Assembly: GCA_902782225.1 (NCBI GenBank)
Contig: CACZMF010000011.1
Location: 3,127-67,126, forward strand
Reading direction: 5' to 3'
Origin: an uncultured Bacteroidia bacterium
GTDB taxonomy: Bacteria > Bacteroidota > Bacteroidia > Bacteroidales > UBA932
Length of the DNA: 64,000 nt
Position numbers and translations under genes: made by a program. Within the stretch, counting starts at the first letter, position 1; each line of letters begins with the position of its first letter. This document shows, piece after piece, positions 45,721 through 53,834 of the stretch. Below the pieces are notes generated by a model. That model was not told where the DNA came from and did no database searches. It saw only the letters and a list, made by a program, of their open reading frames with translations.

Positions 45721-46893
45721 TCATTTCTTGAAACTCAGCGAGTGGAGTTCCTTTCCGTCCTCACTGACGACGCGGATGTCGATACGCCCCTCCGTGACCT
45801 TGCAGTCGAGGCGGTCGGTATTGCTGTTGACAAGGATGGGGAAGGCGTTGCGGTTGCCCTCCGCTCCCGGGGCGGTGTAGATGTATTTGTGGTGGTGGCC
45901 GCTGAGCATCAGGTCCACTCCGGCTTCGTTGAGCACCGGAAGCATATTGTCGCAAAGCCACTGCTGGGCATACCAGGGCGTGAAATGCGAAATTGTGGGG
46001 ATGTGGATCAGTGCGATGCGCCAGGGGGCGGATTTGAACAGCGGGTCCTCCACGGCTTTCTTGAGCCACTCGAGCTCAGTGCGGCGGTAGGAGTCGAAGT
46101 CGGCGGTGCCGAAATACTCGCCGCTCGAGTCGGTCTTGTCTTCACCTCCGTCGAGCACCAGGAAGGCGCAGGGGCCCTGGCGGAACAGGAAGTAGAATTC
46201 GCCGGTGGGGGAGTCGAAGATGCCGGGCACCAGGTGGAATTCCCTTCCGCGGCTCTCATGGTTGCCGCGCACGTAGATGGAAGGAACGGACTGCAGCAGC
46301 TCCTTAGCGGGGCCGAAGGTGTATTTGATCATGGTGTCCAGGCTGTTCACGTAGGAGGCCATGTCGCCGTTCATCACGAAGAAATCCATGTCTTCGGGCT
46401 TGAGGTCCTTGGTCAGGGAGGTGTAGCGTCCGGTCTTGCAGTGGATGTCGTTGACCACGCTGAAGCGGCACTCCTTCGCATTGAGGTCCAGGGTCTTGAT
46501 GCCGCTGATGTCGCCGGTTATCTTGAGTTCCGGGCCCCAGACGATGCCATAGGCATAGCTGTCGTCAAGCGCAACCTTGCCCACTATGCGGTAGCGGTAG
46601 GGGGTTCCGGGCTGAAGCCCGCTCACCCGGATGCGGTGGATGGTGCCGTGGACGCGCCGTCCGGCAATCGTCTCATAGAAGCGGGGAAGGTCGGAGTTGT
46701 ACATCGACGAGCCGTCTTCCGGGGCCACTTCCACGTAGGCGAGCGTCGGCTCGGGGGTTTTGAAGATCACGGTGAAACCGGTTTCGGATACATTCTGCAC
46801 CCAGGGGCCGTACTGGATGGTCGCCTTCTTGGGCTGTGCCAGGCAGATAAGGCAGGCCAGGATTGCTGCGAGAGATAAAAGTATTCTTTTCAT
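45721..46893 (-). CDS. Exported metallophosphoesterase (purple-acid-phosphatase-like, with N-terminal FN3-like domain)
   Basis: Track start 46911 trimmed to ATG 46893 (MKRILLSLAAILACLICLAQ). Motifs VVNDIHC, MNGDMASY, VRGNHESRG, ALIHIP, LSGHHHKY. Confidence 0.85.
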   Translation of the reverse strand: MKRILLSLAAILACLICLAQPKKATIQYGPWVQNVSETGFTVIFKTPEPTLAYVEVAPEDGSSMYNSDLPRFYETIAGRRVHGTIHRIRVSGLQPGTPYRYRIVGKVALDDSYAYGIVWGPELKITGDISGIKTLDLNAKECRFSVVNDIHCKTGRYTSLTKDLKPEDMDFFVMNGDMASYVNSLDTMIKYTFGPAKELLQSVPSIYVRGNHESRGREFHLVPGIFDSPTGEFYFLFRQGPCAFLVLDGGEDKTDSSGEYFGTADFDSYRRTELEWLKKAVEDPLFKSAPWRIALIHIPTISHFTPWYAQQWLCDNMLPVLNEAGVDLMLSGHHHKYIYTAPGAEGNRNAFPILVNSNTDRLDCKVTEGRIDIRVVSEDGKELHSLSFKK

Positions 46894-46898
46894 AGATA

Positions 46899-46906
46899 CA
46901 AAAATA
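46899..46906 (-). promoter_or_regulatory. -7 promoter box TATTTTTG (minus strand)
   Basis: Plus strand reads CAAAAATA. The G is 6 nt from ATG 46893. Confidence 0.45.
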
Positions 46907-46927
46907 TGCAATTATTGTTAATGTTTG

Positions 46928-48565
46928 CTATGGATTACCGATTTCCATAAGGCGTTTTTCGAACTGGTCGTGGCCGCATACGGCTGAGTTGCGCAGCTTT
47001 ACGCGGTAGTTGTAGATGGTGGAAGGGGATTTTTTCAGGAACTGGGCGATCTTTGCGGATTCGGTGACCCCGAGGCGGATAAGGGCGAATATCCGCAGCT
47101 CGTTGTTGAGGCGCCCTTCGGGAAGATTCTTCCCGATCCGGCTTTCTTCGCGAAGCAGTGCATTCAGCTGGGAGACGAAATCGGGATAGACTCCGAGGAA
47201 GGTGTTGTCGAATTCTTCATAGAGTTTCGACCTTTCCGTGTCTATGAACGTGTCCGATTTGAGCTCCTGGAGCACGTCCGAAATGTCCCTGCTCTTGGAT
47301 ACGGTCCTAAGTCTCGACCGGTAGCGCTCCAGGCCGCTGATGTTCTCGGAGAACATCGACATATAGCGTCCCAGGTATATATCCTTTATATTGTTCGCAT
47401 CCTTGAGCCGGGCGATATAAGTCTGCATGCTGGCGTTGACGGCCTTGATTTCCTGGCTTTGGGCGCTTATGCTGGCGTTTGCCTTGCGCAGCTTGCCCTG
47501 GAACAGGCGCAGGACGAAGAGCAGGATGAGCGAGGCCGCCAGGAGAATGAGGAGCAACTGGGTTGAAACGGTGAGATGAGAAATCTTGCGCCTTTCCTGA
47601 TTGTCCAGTGAGAGCGTGATTGCGGGCATCACAGTGGATATTTCTTCAATGCAGATGCGTGCGTCGGCCTGGGTGGCGCCCTCGAGGGCGTTTGTGATGA
47701 AGACGAATGCTTTGTCCACCTCGCCCTTGTCGTGGAGCAGTCTTGCCGTGTTGGTGAGCGCTCTCGAGGCGCGGACGGGGATCATCAGGTCGTATCTGGC
47801 ACTGACGGCATAGTGCTGCAGCTCGCGGTCGGTGTCGCCTTCAGCACGGTAGGTCTTGGCAAGCCAGTAATGGATGGTGGACATGTCGTCAATGGACAAG
47901 TCGCTGTCCGACAATGCTTTCTCAAGCAGGCTCCGGGCCTGGAGAAAACTGCCTTTGTCTATCTCCGCCGCGGCGTTGACCGTGTAGTACTCTATCGAGC
48001 CCTCTTTCATTGCCGCCCGGTTAAGGGCCTGATAGTACAGCTCCGTCTGCCTGTGGCCCTGTCTGAGGCGGTCATCCCTGGTCGTGAGGGCGAGGCCGTG
48101 GTAGATGGCGTAGAGGGTATGGTTGAGCCGGTCCTCCTGGTCTTTATCCGCATCGGAGATATTGATGTGGCTGACGGTTTCCATGGCGTCGTGGAACATT
48201 CCGGAATTGATGTACCGTCTTGCCAGGTCGAGCTTTGCGTCTATCATCAGCGACTTGTCGCCGGTTGCTGCGGCCAGGCTGTCCTTGGTGTGGGCATACA
48301 GGAAGGCGGAGTCCAGGTCCCATCTAACGTACATATCGAACAGTTCGTCGCACAGCCGGTAGCGCTCCGGAGTGCCTGTCGCCTTCTGCAGGGCGTGATG
48401 CAGTTGTGATATCCGGGAATTGCGTGTGAGCTCGATTTCGCTGCGGTTCTCAAGCGTGTGCTCCAGGTTCTCGACAGCCTCGTCCCACACGTGGCCGGAC
48501 ACGCCTTTGCAGGCCGACAAGCTGCCGATCAGAAGGATATAAACGATTCCGACATTGATTTTCAT
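46928..48565 (-). CDS. DUF6377-type PUL regulator (periplasmic TPR-like sensor, one TM helix, C-terminal HTH)
   Basis: Track ORF trimmed to ATG 48565 (MKINVGIVYILLIGSLSAC). TM helix LLLILLAASLILLFVLRLF. C-terminal NELRIFALIRLGVTESAKIAQFLKKSPSTIYNYRVKLRN. Divergent from the SusC-like gene. Confidence 0.7.
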   Translation of the reverse strand: MKINVGIVYILLIGSLSACKGVSGHVWDEAVENLEHTLENRSEIELTRNSRISQLHHALQKATGTPERYRLCDELFDMYVRWDLDSAFLYAHTKDSLAAATGDKSLMIDAKLDLARRYINSGMFHDAMETVSHINISDADKDQEDRLNHTLYAIYHGLALTTRDDRLRQGHRQTELYYQALNRAAMKEGSIEYYTVNAAAEIDKGSFLQARSLLEKALSDSDLSIDDMSTIHYWLAKTYRAEGDTDRELQHYAVSARYDLMIPVRASRALTNTARLLHDKGEVDKAFVFITNALEGATQADARICIEEISTVMPAITLSLDNQERRKISHLTVSTQLLLILLAASLILLFVLRLFQGKLRKANASISAQSQEIKAVNASMQTYIARLKDANNIKDIYLGRYMSMFSENISGLERYRSRLRTVSKSRDISDVLQELKSDTFIDTERSKLYEEFDNTFLGVYPDFVSQLNALLREESRIGKNLPEGRLNNELRIFALIRLGVTESAKIAQFLKKSPSTIYNYRVKLRNSAVCGHDQFEKRLMEIGNP

Positions 48566-48569
48566 ATCA

Positions 48570-48577
48570 CAAACATA
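48570..48577 (-). promoter_or_regulatory. -7 promoter box TATGTTTG (minus strand)
   Basis: Plus strand reads CAAACATA. The G is 5 nt from ATG 48565. Confidence 0.4.
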
Positions 48578-48718
48578 CGAAAAATATGTGAATAATCTAC
48601 TATTATTTGTTTGAATTTTGCAGGCTAAACTTTTATAAAACAATTATATAGATAAATTATTCATATTTTTTTATCTACTATTTTATCTTTTTTGCATCAT
48701 TATGCGCGCGAGAACAAT

Positions 48719-48726
48719 TATATTTG
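48719..48726 (+). promoter_or_regulatory. -7 promoter box TATATTTG (PUL-3 promoter candidate)
   Basis: Exact match 33 nt upstream of ATG 48759. Confidence 0.5.
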
Positions 48727-48758
48727 CAAAAATCATTATGCTTTTCAATCATCATAAT

Positions 48759-51700
48759 ATGCTTAAGAAAAAACTGTTAACCACACTTGCCACAATGCTT
48801 TGCCTGGCAGTTTCCTTCGGGGCCTTCGCCCAGAAACAGACAGTGCAGGGAGTCGTGACAGATTCCACCGGCCCCGTGATCGGAGCCGTCGTGCAGTCCG
48901 GCGGAGCCAACGCTGTGACTGACCTGGATGGAGCATTCTCCATTTCCGTTCCTTCCGACGCCGTGCTGGAGATTTCAGCCCTCGGCTACAAGACCCTCCG
49001 GGTCCCCGTGGCCGGCCGGACCAGTATCGCCATCACGCTCGAGGAGGACAGCTTCATGCTTGAAGACGCCGTGGCCATCGGTTATGGCACTCAAAAGAAA
49101 ACCAACCTCACAGGCGCAGTCTCCGTTATCAAGTCGGAGGCCCTGCAGGACCGTTCCGCCCTCGACGTGGGACATATGCTGCAGGGTACGGTGCCCGGAC
49201 TCAACGTCACTTCCGGTTCCGGCCGTCCCGGCCAGGCCGCGACGCTGAACATCCGTGGATGGAACTCCATCAACGGCGGCTCCCCGCTGGTCCTTATCGA
49301 CGGCGTGGAAGGTGACATCCAGTACATCAACCCCGTGGACGTGGACAATATTTCCGTCATCAAGGATGCTGCTGCGGCTGCAATCTACGGAGCCAAGGGT
49401 TCCGCCGGTGTGGTGCTTGTGACCACCAAGAGCGGCAGCAAGGAGAAGGACGGACGTGCCAAAGTGACCTACAGCGGCCGTTTCGGCGTCACCGCCCCCA
49501 CCACATCGACGGACTATGAAACCCGCGGCTACGATTCGGTCTATCTGAACAACCTGTTCTGGGCCACCTACAGCCCCGGCACCAAGTACGCCAACTACTC
49601 CGACTACGACATGGAGCAGCTCTGGGCCCGCCGTGGCGACGTGGTGGAGAACCCCGCCCGTCCCTGGGTCGTCATCTCCCAGGAAAACGGCAGGGACGTG
49701 TATAACTATTACGCCAACACCGACTGGTACCATGTCCTCTACAACGACATAAAGCCCACCACCAGCCACTCCGTCTCGATGAGCGGCGGCACCAAGGCCG
49801 TAAGCTATATGGTTTCAGGAGGTTACACCTATGAGCAGGGTATGTTCAAGGACAACCCCGACAACTATAAGCGCGTCAACCTCCGCGCCAAGATTTCCTT
49901 CGACGTGACCGACTGGCTGCGCATCGGCTCCAACACGAGCTACTTCAACAGCTCCTACTTCTATCCCGGCCAGAGCGGCATCAACAACAACTTCGCCAAG
50001 AGTACCGTCCACGCCCTCGCCAGCTACCCCGCCACCAACCCTGACGGCAGCAACGTGTGGGCCACAAAATACAACGGCTACCAGCTCATGGACGGCCTCC
50101 TCATGATCCTTGACGCCGATTTCTTCAACCAGGACAACGTCGACAACATCAGCGAGACCGTGGACTTCACCCTCACTCCCGTGAAGGGCCTTACCGTCAA
50201 GGGCGACTACACCTACACGCTCAAGTACAACCGCTACCTCAACCGCGCCGTGAACGGCACCTATTCCCAGTATCCTATGGAAATGGTGGACAAGTCCGAC
50301 GGCGTGTTCATCGACAAGCTGACCGAGAGCGCCAACACCAACATCTACCAGGCCTACAACCTCTACGCCACCTACCAGAACAGCATTGCCGCCGCCCATA
50401 ACTTCAAGATCATGGCCGGTGTCAACTACGAAACCCGCTGGATCAAGGACCTCGGCCTCGTGGGCTACAACCTCTACTCCACCACCCTCAACGACCAGGA
50501 CCTCGTGGGCGCCGATCCTGCAGATCCCGACGGCAAGAAGCGCATGGAGACCTCCGGCGGCCAGAATGAACTCAAGACCGCAGGCTACTTCACCCGTATC
50601 AACTACGACTACAAGGGCCGCTACCTCCTGGAGCTCAACGCCCGCTACGACGGCTCCTCCCGCTTCCTTCGCGGCAGCCGCTGGGTGTTCTCGCCTTCCG
50701 TCTCCCTCGGATGGAGAGTTTCCGAGGAGCCTTTCTTCGAGCCGCTCAAGACATGGTGGGACAACGCCAAGATCCGCTTCTCCTACGGCCAGCTTGGCAA
50801 CCAGCAGATGAGCAGCTACTATCCTGCCATCCGCACCGTCTCCACCGACGGCAAGTCTTCTTACCTGCTCGGCGGCGCCAATCTGCCCCAGGCCTCCCTG
50901 TCCGCACCGGTGTCTTCCGGCCTCACCTGGGAGCGCTCCATCCAGAGCAACCTCGGCATCGATATGGCGTTCCTCGGCAACCGCCTGGAATTCAGCGCTG
51001 AAGGCTATATCCGCGACACCAAGGACATGCTCACCGCCGGTGAAGCACTGCCCGCAGTCTACGGCGCCTCTTCGCCTAAGGAGAACGTCGCGGACCTCCG
51101 CACCATGGGTTATGAGTTCACGCTGGGCTGGAGGGATTCGTTCAACCTCGGCGCCAAGCCCTTCAACTACGGTGCGAGCGTGGTGTTCAGCGACTATGTG
51201 TCCCACATCACCCGTTTCAACAACCCCGAGAAGCTCTTCGCCAAGACCTACTGGGTGGGCCAGAAATACGGAGACATCTGGGGCTACCATGTGGATGGTC
51301 TCTTCGCCACCGATGAGGAGGCCAAGAGCTACGCCGTGGACCAGTCTAAGGTCAACGACGCCCAAATATTCCCCCAGGGCCTTTTCGCCGGCGACATGAA
51401 GTTCGCCGACCTCGACGGCAACCATGCCATCGACAAGGGTGAGGAGAGAGTAGGCAAGAGCGGCGACTGGCAGGTGATAGGAAACAGTCAGCCCCGCTAC
51501 AACTACGGCGTCAACCTCAACGCTTCCTGGAACGGCTTCGACCTTTCCGTCTTCTTCCAGGGCATAGGTCATATGGACTGGTATCCCGCAGCGGACGCCC
51601 GTTCGTTCTGGTTCCTCTATGCACGTCCCTACCAGACTTTCATCCCGAAGAACTTCCTGAACGACTGCTGGAGCGAGGAGAATCCCAATGCCTACTATCC

Positions 51701-52007
51701 CCGTCCCAGAGGTTACGTGGCAATGAACGCCAACCGTCCCCTGGGTGTGGCCAACGACCGCTACCTCCAGAATATCGGCTACCTGAGGCTCAAGAACCTC
51801 GTGTTCGGCTATACCCTTCCCGAGAAGCTCACCAAGAAAGCATCCATCGCGAAGCTTCGCTTCTACTTCACCGGTGAGAACCTCTTCTATCTGGCTCCCG
51901 GCCTCCACGGCAACTTCGTGGATCCTGAAATGGCAATGACCGGCGGCAACCTCCGCCTGTATCCCTGGCAGAAGAGCTTCATCTTTGGTATCGACATCAC
52001 CCTCTAA
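48759..52007 (+). CDS. SusC/RagA-family TonB-dependent outer-membrane transporter (PUL-3)
   Basis: Track ORF 48702 trimmed to ATG 48759 (MLKKKLLTTLATMLCLAVSFGAFAQ). Motifs VQGVVTDSTGPVIGAVV, AVAIGYGTQKK, ISVIKDAAAAAIYGAKGSAGVVLVTTKSG. C-terminal ..FGIDITL. Close paralog of the SusC-like gene at 5..3340. Confidence 0.95.
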   Translation: MLKKKLLTTLATMLCLAVSFGAFAQKQTVQGVVTDSTGPVIGAVVQSGGANAVTDLDGAFSISVPSDAVLEISALGYKTLRVPVAGRTSIAITLEEDSFMLEDAVAIGYGTQKKTNLTGAVSVIKSEALQDRSALDVGHMLQGTVPGLNVTSGSGRPGQAATLNIRGWNSINGGSPLVLIDGVEGDIQYINPVDVDNISVIKDAAAAAIYGAKGSAGVVLVTTKSGSKEKDGRAKVTYSGRFGVTAPTTSTDYETRGYDSVYLNNLFWATYSPGTKYANYSDYDMEQLWARRGDVVENPARPWVVISQENGRDVYNYYANTDWYHVLYNDIKPTTSHSVSMSGGTKAVSYMVSGGYTYEQGMFKDNPDNYKRVNLRAKISFDVTDWLRIGSNTSYFNSSYFYPGQSGINNNFAKSTVHALASYPATNPDGSNVWATKYNGYQLMDGLLMILDADFFNQDNVDNISETVDFTLTPVKGLTVKGDYTYTLKYNRYLNRAVNGTYSQYPMEMVDKSDGVFIDKLTESANTNIYQAYNLYATYQNSIAAAHNFKIMAGVNYETRWIKDLGLVGYNLYSTTLNDQDLVGADPADPDGKKRMETSGGQNELKTAGYFTRINYDYKGRYLLELNARYDGSSRFLRGSRWVFSPSVSLGWRVSEEPFFEPLKTWWDNAKIRFSYGQLGNQQMSSYYPAIRTVSTDGKSSYLLGGANLPQASLSAPVSSGLTWERSIQSNLGIDMAFLGNRLEFSAEGYIRDTKDMLTAGEALPAVYGASSPKENVADLRTMGYEFTLGWRDSFNLGAKPFNYGASVVFSDYVSHITRFNNPEKLFAKTYWVGQKYGDIWGYHVDGLFATDEEAKSYAVDQSKVNDAQIFPQGLFAGDMKFADLDGNHAIDKGEERVGKSGDWQVIGNSQPRYNYGVNLNASWNGFDLSVFFQGIGHMDWYPAADARSFWFLYARPYQTFIPKNFLNDCWSEENPNAYYPRPRGYVAMNANRPLGVANDRYLQNIGYLRLKNLVFGYTLPEKLTKKASIAKLRFYFTGENLFYLAPGLHGNFVDPEMAMTGGNLRLYPWQKSFIFGIDITL

Positions 52008-53822
52008 ATGAATCCTGCAATGAAAAAGATATTATTCTCCGTTTTGTTGGCACTTGCCGGGTTCGCTTTCACCGGCTGTGACGATCTCCTGGACGCCGTC
52101 CCCAAGGACAGGCTTACCTCGGACACCTTCTTCAAGAGCGAGAGTGAGCTCAAGGCTTTCTCGATCGTGTTCTATGAAGCCTTCCCGGGTTCCGACTTGT
52201 ATGTGGCGAACGACGACCACTACACCCAGAACAACATGTCCACCGAGGGTATGGGCAAGCGCACCATCCCCGCTTCCGGCAGCGGCTGGAGCTGGGGCGC
52301 CCTCCGCAACATCAACACCCTTCTGGAATACCTGCCCAACTGCAAGGATGAAGAGGCCCGCGTCCAGTATGAGGCCCTGGCCCGTTTCTTCCGTGCATAT
52401 TTCTACTTTGCCAAGGTGAAGCGCTTCGGCGACGTGCCCTGGTACGACAAGACTCTCGGCTCCACCGATACCGAACAGCTCTACCGTCCCCGCGACAGCC
52501 GTGAGCTGATAGTGGACAAGATGATGGAAGACCTGGACTTCGCCATCGGGAACCTCCCCACCGCAAAGAGCGCATACGAGGTCACGAAATGGACCGCAAT
52601 GGCCCTCAAGTCCCGTATCCTCCTGTTTGAAGGCACGTTCCGCAAGTATCACGCAGGCGACCCTGCACTCTCCACCCTTCCTGCCGGGGCCAAGCCCTAC
52701 ACCTGGTATCTGGATGAGTGCGCCAAGGTGTCCGGGGAATTCCTCCAGACCAGCGGCTACGGCCTGCATATGGGCAGCGGCAAGGACGGCTATTTCGAGC
52801 TGTTCCACTCCAATGACGCCAGCACCCTCACGGACGAAGTGATCCTCGCACGCAACTACAACAGGGCCTACGGCACCGTCCACAGCGCCGGCAACACCAT
52901 GACCGCCGGTTCCATGGGATGCCCCGCCATGACCAAGAAACTGGTTGCGAGCTACCTCTGCAAGGACGGCTCCCGCTTCACCGACAAGTCCGGCTGGGAG
53001 AAGATGACCTTCGCCGAGGAGACCAAGGACCGCGATCCCCGCTTGGCAATGTCAATCCGCACTCCCGGCTACAAGCGTATGGGAGAGAGCACACCCACGG
53101 CTCCCGACCTGAAGGTGTCCTTCACGGGCTACCATCCGGACAAGTACGTCACCACCCTCGACCAGGACCAGTACAACAACTGTGACGTCGACCTCATCGT
53201 GTTCCGCGCAGCCGAGGTCTATCTCAACTATGCGGAAGCCCTTGCCGAGGCAGGCAAGATCACCCAGGCCGACCTGGACGCCACTATCAACAAGCTGCGC
53301 GACCGCGCCGGCATGCCCGGCCTCGACCTTGCGGCCGCCAACGGCAACCCCGACCCGTTCCTGACCAATCCCGCATACGGCGGATACACCTCTTCCGTGC
53401 TCCAGTCCGACCCCAACAAGGGTGTCATCCTCGAGATACGCCGCGAGCGCGCCATAGAGCTGTGCCAGGAAGGCCACCGCTACTACGACCTTATGCGCTG
53501 GAAGGAAGGCAAGGTCTTCGAGGCTCCTTTCTACGGCATGTACATTCCCGGCGAGGGTGGATTTGACCTCGACGGCGACGGCAAGCTCGATTTCGAGGTG
53601 TTCTCGGCGTCCGCTTCCACCAACGCCCCCGTGGCCAAGAAACTCGGCACCGACGTGTTCCTTTCCGGCGGCACCAGCGGCCTGATACTCCTCCACGGCG
53701 ACATCTCCCGCACCTGGAACGAAAACAGGGATTACCTGTTCCCCATACCCACCGACGACCGCAACCTCACCGGCGGAGCTCTCACCCAGAACCCCGGCTG
53801 GGACGACGGTTTAACATTCTAA
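52008..53822 (+). CDS. SusD/RagB-family outer-membrane lipoprotein (PUL-3)
   Basis: Lipobox ..LAGFAFTGC. Motifs RFFRAYFYFAKVKRFGDVPWYD, VFRAAEVYLNYAEALAEAG, LEIRRERAIELCQEGHRYYDLMRW, TQNPGW. Alternative start 52020. Confidence 0.9.
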   Translation: MNPAMKKILFSVLLALAGFAFTGCDDLLDAVPKDRLTSDTFFKSESELKAFSIVFYEAFPGSDLYVANDDHYTQNNMSTEGMGKRTIPASGSGWSWGALRNINTLLEYLPNCKDEEARVQYEALARFFRAYFYFAKVKRFGDVPWYDKTLGSTDTEQLYRPRDSRELIVDKMMEDLDFAIGNLPTAKSAYEVTKWTAMALKSRILLFEGTFRKYHAGDPALSTLPAGAKPYTWYLDECAKVSGEFLQTSGYGLHMGSGKDGYFELFHSNDASTLTDEVILARNYNRAYGTVHSAGNTMTAGSMGCPAMTKKLVASYLCKDGSRFTDKSGWEKMTFAEETKDRDPRLAMSIRTPGYKRMGESTPTAPDLKVSFTGYHPDKYVTTLDQDQYNNCDVDLIVFRAAEVYLNYAEALAEAGKITQADLDATINKLRDRAGMPGLDLAAANGNPDPFLTNPAYGGYTSSVLQSDPNKGVILEIRRERAIELCQEGHRYYDLMRWKEGKVFEAPFYGMYIPGEGGFDLDGDGKLDFEVFSASASTNAPVAKKLGTDVFLSGGTSGLILLHGDISRTWNENRDYLFPIPTDDRNLTGGALTQNPGWDDGLTF

Positions 53823-53834
53823 TCGCCCGGCACC

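Noticed and set aside
45562-46878. 438-aa + strand ORF opposite the metallophosphoesterase gene
   Set aside because: Antisense shadow. The minus strand carries the full set of metallophosphoesterase motifs and a signal peptide.
44193-48613. Calling the bracketed 4.4-kb segment a mobile element
   Set aside because: It has no integrase, transposase, relaxase or terminal inverted repeats. Only a short Rpn-tail-like ORF and a direct repeat are present, so it is reported as an observation rather than annotated as a mobile element.
49815-51908. 697-aa minus-strand ORF inside the PUL-3 SusC-like gene
   Set aside because: Antisense shadow. The + strand shows continuous SusC-family similarity to the gene at 5..3340.
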